A stretch of DNA of 64,000 nucleotides, from contig DATKBR010000099.1 in the NCBI GenBank assembly GCA_035513775.1, forward strand, positions 1,879 through 65,878. The letters are read 5' to 3'. The notes beneath the pieces were generated by a model. That model was given only the letters and a program-made list of their open reading frames with translations, was not told the origin of the DNA and did not search any database. A program made the position numbers and the translations under genes. Source of the stretch: Candidatus Limnocylindria bacterium (GTDB lineage: Bacteria > Chloroflexota > Limnocylindria > Limnocylindrales > CSP1-4). Positions 23,945-32,948 of the stretch are shown here, one piece after another. Numbering within the stretch: the first letter of the stretch is position 1; each line of letters opens with the position of its first letter.

Positions 23945-25531
23945 ATGGCGGGTGCCGTCGACGTCGTGATACGGCACGGCTCCATCATCGACGGTCTGGG
24001 CGCCCCCGCCGTCCGAGGGGATATCGCGATCGACGGCGACCGGATCGTGGCCGTCGGGCCCGGCCTCAGTGCCGACGCGCGCGAGGTCGTGGACGCAGAC
24101 GGACTCGCGGTGGCTCCGGGCTTCATCGACCTCCACGCGCACGCGGACCTGGGACTGCTTGCCGATGGGCGCTGGCAATCCTCGCTGGACCAGGGCGTGA
24201 CGACCCTGGTCATCGGCCAGGACGGGCTGGGTTTGGCCCCGCTCAACGATCGCGCGGTGGCAATCCGGCGCGAGCTGCGGGGCATCAACGGCGATCCGGA
24301 CGTTGTGTCCTGGACGTGGCGCACGTTCGCCGAGTACCTGGCCCGGATGGAGGGCCGGATCGGGCCGAACGTCGCGGCCATGGTCCCCCACGGGACGATC
24401 CGGCTCGTGGTGATGGGCGAGGACGATCGACCGCCAACCGAGTCCGAGCTCGTCGAGATGCAGGCGCTCGTCATGCGCTCAATGCAACAGGGGGCATTCG
24501 GGCTGTCGGCGGGGCTGACCTACGCGCCCGCCACATTCGCGGACGACGAGGAGCTGGTTGCCCTCTGCCGCGAGATTGCCCCGTTCGGCGGCTTCTACCA
24601 GCCGCACCATCGGAACTACGGCGAGTGGGCAATCCGCGAGTTCGCCGCGTCGATCGAGATCGGCCGACGCGCTGGTGTCCCCGTCCACCTGACGCACGCT
24701 CACCTCAGCTTCCCGGTCAACGCCGGACGTGCGCACGAGCTGCTGTCGCTCGTGGACGAGGCGCGCGCGGCCGGCCACGACGTCACGCTCGACTCCTACC
24801 CGTACCTCGCCGGAGCGACGTACCTGGGAGCGTTCCTCCCGTCATGGGCGCAGGTCGGCGGCCCCGACGGCGTCGTCGCCCGCCTCGGCGATCCGGCTGC
24901 CCGCGCGCGGATTGCGGGCGAGATGGTCCGGGGTTGCGACGGCCTCCAGGGGATCCCGGTCGACTGGTCCCTGATCACCGTAGCCGGGGTCGACTCCCCG
25001 GCGATGTCCGCCGTCGTCGGGAAGTCGATCGACGAGCTCGCGGCGGCGTGGGGTACATCGGCCTTCGACGCCTTCTGCCGGCTCCTCGTCGACGACCGCA
25101 TGGGCACGATGGCGCTGCTCACGGTCGGGCACGAGGACAACGTGCGCGCCATCATGGCGCACCCCATGCATATGCCGGCCAGCGACGGGATCGTCATCGG
25201 CCAGCGTCCACATCCGCGTGCCTGGGGCACATTCGCCCGGTTCCTCGGGGTCTACGTCCGTGAGCTCGGGCTCGTGCCGCTCGAGGAGATGGTCAGGAAG
25301 ATGACCTCGGCGCCCGCTCGGCGCCTCGGCCTCGTGGATCGCGGCGTCCTGCAACGCGGCATGGCTGCCGACATCGTCGTCTTCGATCCGCGGACGATCA
25401 TCGACCGCGCGACCTACGCCGAGCCGAAGCGCCCCCCCGAAGGCGTCGACGCCGTCCTCGTCAACGGGGCCTTCGTGCGTCGCGACGGCCGCTCGCTCGA
25501 CCCTCGATCCGGTCGTGTCCTTCGACGGTGA
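23945..25531 (+). CDS. N-acyl-D-amino-acid deacylase (D-aminoacylase) family amidohydrolase
   Basis: 528 aa. VVIRHGSIIDGLGAP...IAIDGDRIVAVG...APGFIDLHAHAD...QGVTTLVIGQDG is colinear with characterised D-aminoacylases. Confidence 0.85.
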   Translation: MAGAVDVVIRHGSIIDGLGAPAVRGDIAIDGDRIVAVGPGLSADAREVVDADGLAVAPGFIDLHAHADLGLLADGRWQSSLDQGVTTLVIGQDGLGLAPLNDRAVAIRRELRGINGDPDVVSWTWRTFAEYLARMEGRIGPNVAAMVPHGTIRLVVMGEDDRPPTESELVEMQALVMRSMQQGAFGLSAGLTYAPATFADDEELVALCREIAPFGGFYQPHHRNYGEWAIREFAASIEIGRRAGVPVHLTHAHLSFPVNAGRAHELLSLVDEARAAGHDVTLDSYPYLAGATYLGAFLPSWAQVGGPDGVVARLGDPAARARIAGEMVRGCDGLQGIPVDWSLITVAGVDSPAMSAVVGKSIDELAAAWGTSAFDAFCRLLVDDRMGTMALLTVGHEDNVRAIMAHPMHMPASDGIVIGQRPHPRAWGTFARFLGVYVRELGLVPLEEMVRKMTSAPARRLGLVDRGVLQRGMAADIVVFDPRTIIDRATYAEPKRPPEGVDAVLVNGAFVRRDGRSLDPRSGRVLRR

Positions 25532-25541
25532 CCGAACAAGA

Positions 25542-25554
25542 TTGGTCGGACCGA
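25542..25554. promoter_or_regulatory. putative GntR-type operator TTGGTCGGACCGA (within extended palindrome AACAAGATTGGTCGGACCGATTTGTT)
   Basis: Read directly from the sequence. It ends 4 nt before a TTGACT -35 hexamer upstream of the ABC importer genes. Confidence 0.55.
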
Positions 25555-25558
25555 TTTG

Positions 25559-25587
25559 TTGACTTGCCGGAGCGAATCTGCTATTCC
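25559..25587 (+). promoter_or_regulatory. candidate promoter of the ABC importer operon (-35 TTGACT, 17 nt, TGc-TATTCC extended -10)
   Basis: The hexamers lie at 25559-25564 and 25582-25587. This would leave a 5' leader of roughly 130 nt before GTG 25722, which has the SD GGAGGAGGAG. Confidence 0.35.
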
Positions 25588-25721
25588 TCGCTTGGACGAG
25601 CGGGGACTCGAACCATGGTCGATCCCCAGTGGTCCAACCGTAGGCGGACGAGACAGGGTTCGAGCACCGGAGCCCGAGCGGACGGCCCGGCGGGCTCGCC
25701 TGTCAATGGAGGAGGAGTCGC

Positions 25722-27443
25722 GTGACCGAATATCGGCAGCTTGACGGGCTCGTCACCGAGTACCTCGAGCGACAGATTACCCGTCGGACATTCATGAAGA
25801 GGGCCGCCGCCATGGGGGTTGTGGCCTCGTCGGCCGCTGCGATCCTGGCCGCTTGCGGGACCGCGACGACGTCCTCGCCTGCCGCCTCGACCGATGCAAG
25901 CTCAGGCGCGGCAAGCGCGGCTCCGCCCGCCGGGCCGAAGACCGGCGGCACGTTCATCGAAGGCTACGATCGTGACTTCAGCCCCGTCACGACGGTCAAC
26001 GCAGCCTGGGTCGACCCCACGCACGAGGCGTTCCTCGAGCCCCTGGTCCGATCGGACCCGGCCGGGAAGCTCACGGCGGTTCTCGCCGAGTCGTGGACGT
26101 CGAACGCGGATGCGACCGAGTGGCGGCTCAAGCTCCGTCCCGGATTGAAGTTCAACTCCGGCGCCGACTGCGACGTGGCTGCAATGGTCGAGACCCTGAA
26201 GGTCGTGAGCGGGCCGAACGGCCAGCACCCCTACTGGTGGGCGCAGGTCACGGACATCTCGGCCGACGGTGACGAGATCGTCATCACCTGCAGCAAGCCG
26301 TACTTCAATCTCCTCGAGTCGGTCATCCGTCAGGAGTTCTCCAACGCCTACCTCGTGGCGACCGCTGTCAGTGCGGGCAGTGACTACGGCGTGACGGTGG
26401 TCGACGGGACTGGCCCGTTCACCTTCACCGAGTTCCAGCCCGGCAGCCATGTCAGCGGCACGCGCTGGGAAGGCTACGCGGGGCTCCCCGAGGGTGCCTG
26501 GTTCTCGAACAAGGGCAAGGCCTACCTCGACGGTGTCAAGTGGGTGCCCCTGCTCGAGGCGGCGAACCGAGCCAACGAGCTCATCTCGGGCAGCGTCCAC
26601 GCGATGAAGCGCCCGCTTCCCTCCGACCTCGATGCCCTCAAGGCGAACCCCGACATCGTCGTGATCGAATCCGAGGAGTCCGCCGGCCTCACCTTCGGCC
26701 TCAACTTCACGAAGACCGAGCTCGGCTTCGACGACCTCCGGGTGCGGCAGGCGATCTCGCAGGCGATCAACCGCCAGGCGATCGTCGACACGGTCCTCCT
26801 GGGACATGGCGCGGCCGCGTACGGTCCGTTTCCGACCAAGTACAAGTGGTACGAGAAGGGCGTCGAGGCGTTCAACAAGTACGATCCGGCGGCGGCATCC
26901 GCGCTTCTCGACGCGGCCGGCTGGGTGCCGGGCGCTGATGGAATCCGGGCCAAGTCCGGGAACCGCCTCTCGTTCTCGATCACGAACTTCACCGAGGCCG
27001 TGCGCAACCAGACCGGTGACGCGGTCGTCGCGATGCTCGCGGAGATCGGCGTCGAAGCCAAGATGAGCAATCTCGAGGGCGGCGCCTTCTTCGACATGTT
27101 GGGTAATCCGGACAATCAGGCCTTCTTCTTCAACTGGCTGTGGATGTCCCCGCCGAACCTTCTGCAGGTCATCACCGGCAGCCAGTTCCGACCCGCTCCG
27201 AACTGGGAGCAGGCCAACATTCCAGAGGTCGACGCGGCGATCGACAAGTGGCAGTTCGCGGCCAACGATGCCGACGCAGAGGCGGCCGCCAGGGAGATCC
27301 AGCTGGTCATCGCCGAGAAGCTGCCGACCCTGACGATCTGGATCCCGACCGTCGTCTGGGCGCATCACAAGAAGGTCCACGGCTGGCTGCCGACGGACAC
27401 GAACCTGTACCCGTACTACAACGACGTCTGGCTCGACTCCTAG
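25722..27443 (+). CDS. ABC transporter substrate-binding lipoprotein, family 5 (peptide/nickel type), Tat-type signal
   Basis: 573 aa. It has the twin-arginine motif ITRRTFMKRAAAMGVVASSAAAILAAC with the lipobox LAAC, and an SBP_bac_5-like body. Confidence 0.9.
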   Translation: MTEYRQLDGLVTEYLERQITRRTFMKRAAAMGVVASSAAAILAACGTATTSSPAASTDASSGAASAAPPAGPKTGGTFIEGYDRDFSPVTTVNAAWVDPTHEAFLEPLVRSDPAGKLTAVLAESWTSNADATEWRLKLRPGLKFNSGADCDVAAMVETLKVVSGPNGQHPYWWAQVTDISADGDEIVITCSKPYFNLLESVIRQEFSNAYLVATAVSAGSDYGVTVVDGTGPFTFTEFQPGSHVSGTRWEGYAGLPEGAWFSNKGKAYLDGVKWVPLLEAANRANELISGSVHAMKRPLPSDLDALKANPDIVVIESEESAGLTFGLNFTKTELGFDDLRVRQAISQAINRQAIVDTVLLGHGAAAYGPFPTKYKWYEKGVEAFNKYDPAAASALLDAAGWVPGADGIRAKSGNRLSFSITNFTEAVRNQTGDAVVAMLAEIGVEAKMSNLEGGAFFDMLGNPDNQAFFFNWLWMSPPNLLQVITGSQFRPAPNWEQANIPEVDAAIDKWQFAANDADAEAAAREIQLVIAEKLPTLTIWIPTVVWAHHKKVHGWLPTDTNLYPYYNDVWLDS

Positions 27444-27464
27444 CCCATCCCCCAGACCACTGTC

Positions 27465-29009
27465 GTGGCGCGATCGACGAACGGGACGCCCGAGCTCTCC
27501 GGGCGGGGCGTCCCGCGCCACGGCGAGATCCTCCGCGAAGGTTTCGACTACGACTTCTCTCGGGTGGATCCCGCAGGAGGGGCACATGTTGACCCTCCGT
27601 GGTGCGCGATCTACGAAACGACACTGGTCTTCGATGAGGGTTCGCGGCCGGGTCCGATGCTGGCCGACCGCTGGCGCGTGGATGACGACCTCCTCACGTG
27701 GCGTCTCCACGTTCGGCCCGGGGCCCGCTTTCATTCGGGCGCCCCGTGTGACGCGCGCGCCGTAGCCGCCGCATTCGACCTCCACCGGGACGCAGTCGCA
27801 TCACCGGTAAACCAGTTCTTCTGGCGTCCTGTCCGTGATGTCTCGGTGGAGGGCGGCGAGGTCCTGCTCCACCTCCGCCACCCGTACGCGAACCTGCCGA
27901 CCCTGCTCCGATCCTGGCATTCCGCGATCCATGACCAAGCGGCGCGCGCCGTTGCCGGAGACCGGTGGGGTTGGAGCACGGCGAGCGGGAGCGGCCCGTT
28001 TCGCTTCAGCGAGCTCGTTCCCGGCAGCCACCTCGAGGTTCGGCGGTGGGAAGAGTATCCCGGCTCGTCGGTGGAATGGCTATCGAACCGGGGCGCCGCG
28101 TATCTCGACGGCATCCGGTGGATCGCGCTCCTCGACGAGGACTCGCGGGCCGCCGCCCTCGAGGACGACCGGGTGGACTGCGTTCAGAACCCCTCGCTGC
28201 TTCACGTCGACCGGTTGGCGTCCAACCCGGATCTGCGGGTGATCGAGTACCAGCAGTCCGCACTCGCGTACCTTGCACTCGACCATCAGACCACCCAGTT
28301 CGGATTCCACGATGTCCGGGTCCGGCGAGCGATCTCGTGGGCCATTGACCGTGGCCGGATCGTCGAACAGGATCTGGGTGGTCATGGCTGGGCCGCGGAT
28401 GGGCCCATCCCGTCCGCGTCACCCTGGTACGACGCCGGGGTCGAGGCCATGGCCCGCGTCGATCCCGACGGTGCCGCCCGCCTCCTCGACGAGGCCGGGT
28501 TTCCCGCGGATTCCGACGGCGTCCGGATGACGGTCCCGACGCTCGTGGTCGAGGACGCGACGCTTCGGAGGGTGACGGATACCCTGACGGAGATGCTTGC
28601 CCGGATCGGCGTACGGCTCGCGGTCGAGCGGATCACGGGGTTCGCGGCCTTCTACGAGGCGGCCGGCGCGCATCCGCCCGCCTTCATCTCGAAGTGGCTG
28701 TGGCCCGATCCGGTCGACGCGATCATCGGCTTCGTCGACTCCCGGTCGCATGCCGGACCGAACTGGCAGCGGGCGTCGATCCCCGAGATCGACGCGGCTT
28801 GCGATGCCTGGACGACAGCTCCGGGGGAGGCGGAGCAGAGGGCCGCCGCCGGCCAGCTCCAGCGGGCATGCGCGGAACACCTGCCCCTCCTGCCGCTTTA
28901 TGCCCCCGCTGCGGTCTGGGCGCACCACAAGCGGGTCCGGGGGTGGCGCCCGGTGCGGGCGAACCTGTACCCCCTGTATAACGACGTGTGGCTCGACGCC
29001 GGGAGCTGA
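27465..29009 (+). CDS. family-5 substrate-binding protein paralogue lacking any signal peptide
   Basis: 514 aa, colinear with the mature part of the preceding SBP (compare GEILREGFDYDFSRVDP with GGTFIEGYDRDFSPVTT). It is in the same reading frame as the preceding gene, 21 nt after its TAG. I see no hydrophobic N-terminus and no SD. Confidence 0.8.
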   Translation: MARSTNGTPELSGRGVPRHGEILREGFDYDFSRVDPAGGAHVDPPWCAIYETTLVFDEGSRPGPMLADRWRVDDDLLTWRLHVRPGARFHSGAPCDARAVAAAFDLHRDAVASPVNQFFWRPVRDVSVEGGEVLLHLRHPYANLPTLLRSWHSAIHDQAARAVAGDRWGWSTASGSGPFRFSELVPGSHLEVRRWEEYPGSSVEWLSNRGAAYLDGIRWIALLDEDSRAAALEDDRVDCVQNPSLLHVDRLASNPDLRVIEYQQSALAYLALDHQTTQFGFHDVRVRRAISWAIDRGRIVEQDLGGHGWAADGPIPSASPWYDAGVEAMARVDPDGAARLLDEAGFPADSDGVRMTVPTLVVEDATLRRVTDTLTEMLARIGVRLAVERITGFAAFYEAAGAHPPAFISKWLWPDPVDAIIGFVDSRSHAGPNWQRASIPEIDAACDAWTTAPGEAEQRAAAGQLQRACAEHLPLLPLYAPAAVWAHHKRVRGWRPVRANLYPLYNDVWLDAGS

Positions 29010-29015
29010 CACGAG

Positions 29016-29948
29016 ATGATCCGCTACGTCATCCGCCGGCTCGCCTACACCGTCGTAATCCTGTTCGTCGCGTCGATCGTGGTCTTCCTCGCCCTCCGGA
29101 TCACGCCCGGCGACGCCACCAACTTCGTCGTGACGCCGATCTCGTCGCCCGAGCGTTTCGAGGAGCTTCGCCGCGAACTGGGACTGGACCGGCCGCTCAT
29201 CGAGCAGTACGGGGTCTTCATTACCCGGATTCTTACCGGCAACTTCGGTGCCTCCGACATCAGCCATCGCGAGGTCGCCGAGATCATCACCACGGGTCTG
29301 CCCTACACGGTGTGGCTGGCGCTGAGCGCGGCGCTGCTCGTCTACGGCCTGGGCATCCCGCTCGGGGTCATCGCCGCCCTTCGCCGGGATCGCTGGCCCG
29401 ACCAGGTCATCAGCGCCTCGGCGGTGCTTGGCCTCGGAATCCCGAACTTCGTGCTCGCGATCATCCTGATCATGATCTTCGCTATTGGCCTCAACCTGCT
29501 GCCTGTCTCCGGCGCCAGCGGCCCCATGAACGTCATCCTGCCCGCGATCGTGCTCGCCGTGGAGCCCCTCGCGGTCGTCATGCGCGTCGTGCGTTCGTCG
29601 GTGATCGACCAGCTTGGCCAGGACTATGTCCGCACCCTGGAGGCGAAGGGCCTGGCCCGGCGCAGGATCATCTGGGTGCACGTCCTCAGGAACTCCCTGG
29701 GGCCGGTCATCTCGCTGGCCGCCGTCCAGTTCCGCTCAATGCTCGGGTACACGCTCATCGTCGAGGTGATCTTTCGGTGGCCGGGGCTGGGCTCGCAACT
29801 CGTTGACGCCGTCCTGAAGCGCGACTATCTCGTCGCCCAGGACCTGGCCCTGCTGCTCACGGCAGTCGTCATCGTCCTGAATACGCTGGCTGACATCGGG
29901 CAGGCCTATGCGGACCCTCGGGTGCGCGTCCAGGTGACCAACGCATGA
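29016..29948 (+). CDS. ABC transporter permease (DppB/OppB type)
   Basis: 310 aa, multi-TM, with the typical MIRYVIRRLAYTVVILFVASIVVFLALRITPGD N-terminus. Confidence 0.9.
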   Translation: MIRYVIRRLAYTVVILFVASIVVFLALRITPGDATNFVVTPISSPERFEELRRELGLDRPLIEQYGVFITRILTGNFGASDISHREVAEIITTGLPYTVWLALSAALLVYGLGIPLGVIAALRRDRWPDQVISASAVLGLGIPNFVLAIILIMIFAIGLNLLPVSGASGPMNVILPAIVLAVEPLAVVMRVVRSSVIDQLGQDYVRTLEAKGLARRRIIWVHVLRNSLGPVISLAAVQFRSMLGYTLIVEVIFRWPGLGSQLVDAVLKRDYLVAQDLALLLTAVVIVLNTLADIGQAYADPRVRVQVTNA

Positions 29949-30904
29949 CCGGCGAACCGCTCCCGCCGATCGAGGCGCTCGAGACCCCTACCGTCGACGT
30001 CGAAGCGCTCAAGACCGTGGAGCCTGGGGCGGGCGGCCTCGTCATCACGGGCCGTCGCCGTCGTGGGATCCTTCGGAGCCGTTCGGCGACCATCGGCGCG
30101 GTGATCGTGGCGATCTTCTTTGTCATCGGGTGCATCGGGCTGGCGCTCCTCACCATTCCGGGCCTTGACGCGAGTTGGAAGGACCAGAACCTGGGCGGCG
30201 CCCTCAAGGGTCCGATGTACGACGGCCATATCCTCGGGACGGACAGCCTCGGCCGCGACCTGCTCGCCCGGGTCACCGTCGGGGTCGGCGTGTCGTTCTT
30301 CATCGCATTCGTGGTCACGATCGCGTCGCTCGTGCTCGGCGTCACGGTGGGCCTGATCGGCGGGTACTTCCGCGGACCAGTCGACACGTTCTTCAGCGCG
30401 ATGACTGACGTGACCTGGGGCTTTCCGGTGATCCTGCTCGCCGTGATGTTCGCGGGGATGCTGGAGCCGGGATTCGCGACGATCATCCTCGCGGTCGCAC
30501 TGCTCAGCTGGGCTGGCGTCGCCCGGATCATCCGTGGCTACGCGCTGTCGCTGCGCGAACGCGAGTTCGTGGGGGCAGCCAAGGCGATCGGGATCCCGAG
30601 CTGGAAGATCCTCCTGGTGCATCTCCTGCCGAATGTCGTGGCGCCGATCCTCGTGCTCGCCAGCTACTACGTCGCGGTGACCATCGTCATCGAGGCGGGA
30701 CTGTCCTTCCTTGGCCTCGGGGTCCAGTCGCCGGTGCCGAGTCTCGGCGCGATGCTGAGCGAGGGTCGCAACTTCATTCGCCTGAGCCCCTGGCAGACGA
30801 TCCTCCCCGGCGCCGTGCTGGCCATCGCCGTGCTGGGCTTCAACCTGCTCGGCGACGGGCTGCGTGATCTGCTCGACCCGCGGCTCTCGAGACCACAGGG
30901 ATGA
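29945..30904 (+). CDS. ABC transporter permease (DppC/OppC type)
   Basis: 319 aa, multi-TM, with an ATGA overlap to the previous gene. The DppC-like block LGTDSLGRDLLARV is present. Confidence 0.9.
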   Translation: MTGEPLPPIEALETPTVDVEALKTVEPGAGGLVITGRRRRGILRSRSATIGAVIVAIFFVIGCIGLALLTIPGLDASWKDQNLGGALKGPMYDGHILGTDSLGRDLLARVTVGVGVSFFIAFVVTIASLVLGVTVGLIGGYFRGPVDTFFSAMTDVTWGFPVILLAVMFAGMLEPGFATIILAVALLSWAGVARIIRGYALSLREREFVGAAKAIGIPSWKILLVHLLPNVVAPILVLASYYVAVTIVIEAGLSFLGLGVQSPVPSLGAMLSEGRNFIRLSPWQTILPGAVLAIAVLGFNLLGDGLRDLLDPRLSRPQG

Positions 30905-31920
30905 CGGTCGCGCCCGCGATCCCGCCCATGAAGAGCCCGTCGACGAGCCTGCTCGAGGTCCGCGGTCTCACGACCGTCGTCGAAGGCGACGGCTGGGAGT
31001 CCGCTGCGGTTGACGACGTGTCCTTCTCGATCGCACGCGGCGAGATCGTGGGTGTCGTGGGCGAGAGCGGCAGCGGGAAGTCGTTGACGGCGCTGTCGAT
31101 CCTCGGGCTGGTGGCGCGGCCGGTATCCGTACGATCGGGGTCGGTCCGGTTCGACGGACAGGAGCTGATCGGCCTCGGCGGACGCGAGCTGCGCAGGATC
31201 CGCGGGGCCCGGATCTCCATGATCTTCCAGGAACCGATGACCAGCCTCGATGGGGCATTCACGATCGGCGACCAGATGATCGAGACCGTCCGGGCGCACC
31301 GGCCGGTCAATCGCGAGGCTGCCGAAACGATGGCCGTGACGATGCTCGACAGGGTCGGGATCGCCTCCGCGCGCCAGCGCCTGCGGGCGTATCCCCACGA
31401 GTTCTCCGGTGGCATGCGCCAGCGGGTGATGATCGCGATGGCGCTCCTCCTCCATCCCGAGCTCCTGCTTGCCGATGAGCCGACCACGGCCCTCGACGTG
31501 ACCACCCAGGCACAGATCCTGGAGCTGATCGGGGAGCTCCGTCGCGAGATGGGCCTGAGCGTGATCCTGATCAGCCATGACCTCGCTGCCGTGCTCGACG
31601 TTGCGGACCGCATCGTCGTCATGTACGCCGGACGCGTCGTAGAGGTCGCCACGGGCGAGGAATCGTTCGTATCCCCACTTCACCCGTACACCCAGGGCTT
31701 GATCCGATCGAAGCTCAGTCTGCGAGATCGCGGCCGACCGGTCGCGGTCATCGAGGGGCAGGTCCCAGGGCTGGGCCACCGGCCGATGGGCTGCCGCTTC
31801 GCGACGCGCTGTCCGAACAGGATCGACCGATGCATCACGGTCGAACCCGCGCTGGTCGCGGCGACTGACGGGCCGCGCCTGCTGCGCTGCCACAACCCGA
31901 GCGCCTGGGTCGAGCCGTGA
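30901..31920 (+). CDS. ABC transporter ATP-binding protein (DppD/OppD type)
   Basis: Walker A GESGSGKS, signature FSGGMRQRV, Walker B LLLADEPTTALD and the oligopeptide C-terminal extension. Confidence 0.9.
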   Translation: MTVAPAIPPMKSPSTSLLEVRGLTTVVEGDGWESAAVDDVSFSIARGEIVGVVGESGSGKSLTALSILGLVARPVSVRSGSVRFDGQELIGLGGRELRRIRGARISMIFQEPMTSLDGAFTIGDQMIETVRAHRPVNREAAETMAVTMLDRVGIASARQRLRAYPHEFSGGMRQRVMIAMALLLHPELLLADEPTTALDVTTQAQILELIGELRREMGLSVILISHDLAAVLDVADRIVVMYAGRVVEVATGEESFVSPLHPYTQGLIRSKLSLRDRGRPVAVIEGQVPGLGHRPMGCRFATRCPNRIDRCITVEPALVAATDGPRLLRCHNPSAWVEP

Positions 31921-32948
31921 CCGCCCCGCCACAGATCGGGAAGCAGGACGCCCCGATCCTCCAGGTCGAGCATCTCACGAAGCAGTACGCCGCCCGGCAT
32001 GACCTGCTGGGCCGGGTTCGAAGCCGGGTCTCGGCCGTCGACGACGTGAGCTTCACGATGCGTCGCGGTGAGACCCTTGCCGTCGTTGGCGAAAGCGGCT
32101 CCGGCAAGAGCACGCTGGCGAAGCTCGTGGTCCGCCTCGCCGCCCCGACCTCCGGCCGGATGCTGTTCCGAGGGATCGACGTCGGGACGGCACGTGGAGA
32201 GGCGTCGCGGGAGCTGCACCGCAGGATCCAGATCGTGTTCCAGGATCCGTATTCTTCCCTCGACCCGCGCCAGGTCGTGGGGCGGATCATCGCGGAGGGC
32301 CTCCATTTCTCCGGGCTTGACCGGGCAGCCCGGAAGCGGCGCGTGCTCGAATGCATGGCCAGCGTCGGGCTCCCGACCAACATGGTCTCGAACTACCCGC
32401 ACCAGCTCTCGGGCGGCCAGCGCCAGCGAGTGGGGATCGCCCGCGTCCTCGCCGCAGACGCGGACCTCATCGTCGCCGACGAACCGGTCAGCGCGCTCGA
32501 CGGTTCGATCCAGGGGCAGGTGCTGAACCTGCTCAAGAAGCTACAGGCTGAGCGCGGCCTCACGATGTTGTTCATCACCCACGACCTCTCGGTCGCGCGC
32601 TACATGGCCGATCGGATCGCCGTGATGCACCTCGGACGGATCGTCGAGTTCTCGCCGACCGAGCGGCTTTTCGAACAGCCGGTGCATCCGTACAGCCAGG
32701 CGCTGCTCTCGGCGGTCCCGCGCTTCGGGCGAGGAGACGGCAAGCGCATCATCCTGTCGGGAGAGGCGCCGAGTCCGATCGATCCGCCGCCGGTGTGCCG
32801 CTTCGCGGGGCGATGTCCGTGGCGCACCGACGTCTGTGTCAGCGGCGATCCGGCGCTGATCGAGGAAGTCGGTCCGGATCATTCCGTGGCCTGCTTCAAC
32901 TGGCGCGTCATCCCCGCCGACTCGTTCGGTCATCAGGCCGCAGGATGA
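31917..32948 (+). CDS. ABC transporter ATP-binding protein (DppF/OppF type)
   Basis: Walker A GESGSGKS, signature LSGGQRQRV and Walker B LIVADEPVSALD. Confidence 0.9.
   Translation: MTAPPQIGKQDAPILQVEHLTKQYAARHDLLGRVRSRVSAVDDVSFTMRRGETLAVVGESGSGKSTLAKLVVRLAAPTSGRMLFRGIDVGTARGEASRELHRRIQIVFQDPYSSLDPRQVVGRIIAEGLHFSGLDRAARKRRVLECMASVGLPTNMVSNYPHQLSGGQRQRVGIARVLAADADLIVADEPVSALDGSIQGQVLNLLKKLQAERGLTMLFITHDLSVARYMADRIAVMHLGRIVEFSPTERLFEQPVHPYSQALLSAVPRFGRGDGKRIILSGEAPSPIDPPPVCRFAGRCPWRTDVCVSGDPALIEEVGPDHSVACFNWRVIPADSFGHQAAG

Noticed and set aside
25590-25670. tRNA-like GGTTCGAG(T)CC T-loop-like string on the minus strand in the ABC operon leader
   Set aside because: The flanking bases cannot form a T-stem, acceptor stem or anticodon arm, so there is no cloverleaf. 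It is treated as part of an uncharacterised 5' leader only.
25902-27785. 627-aa minus-strand ORF across the first binding-protein gene
   Set aside because: Shadow frame. The plus strand encodes a complete Tat-lipoprotein SBP with a strong SD.
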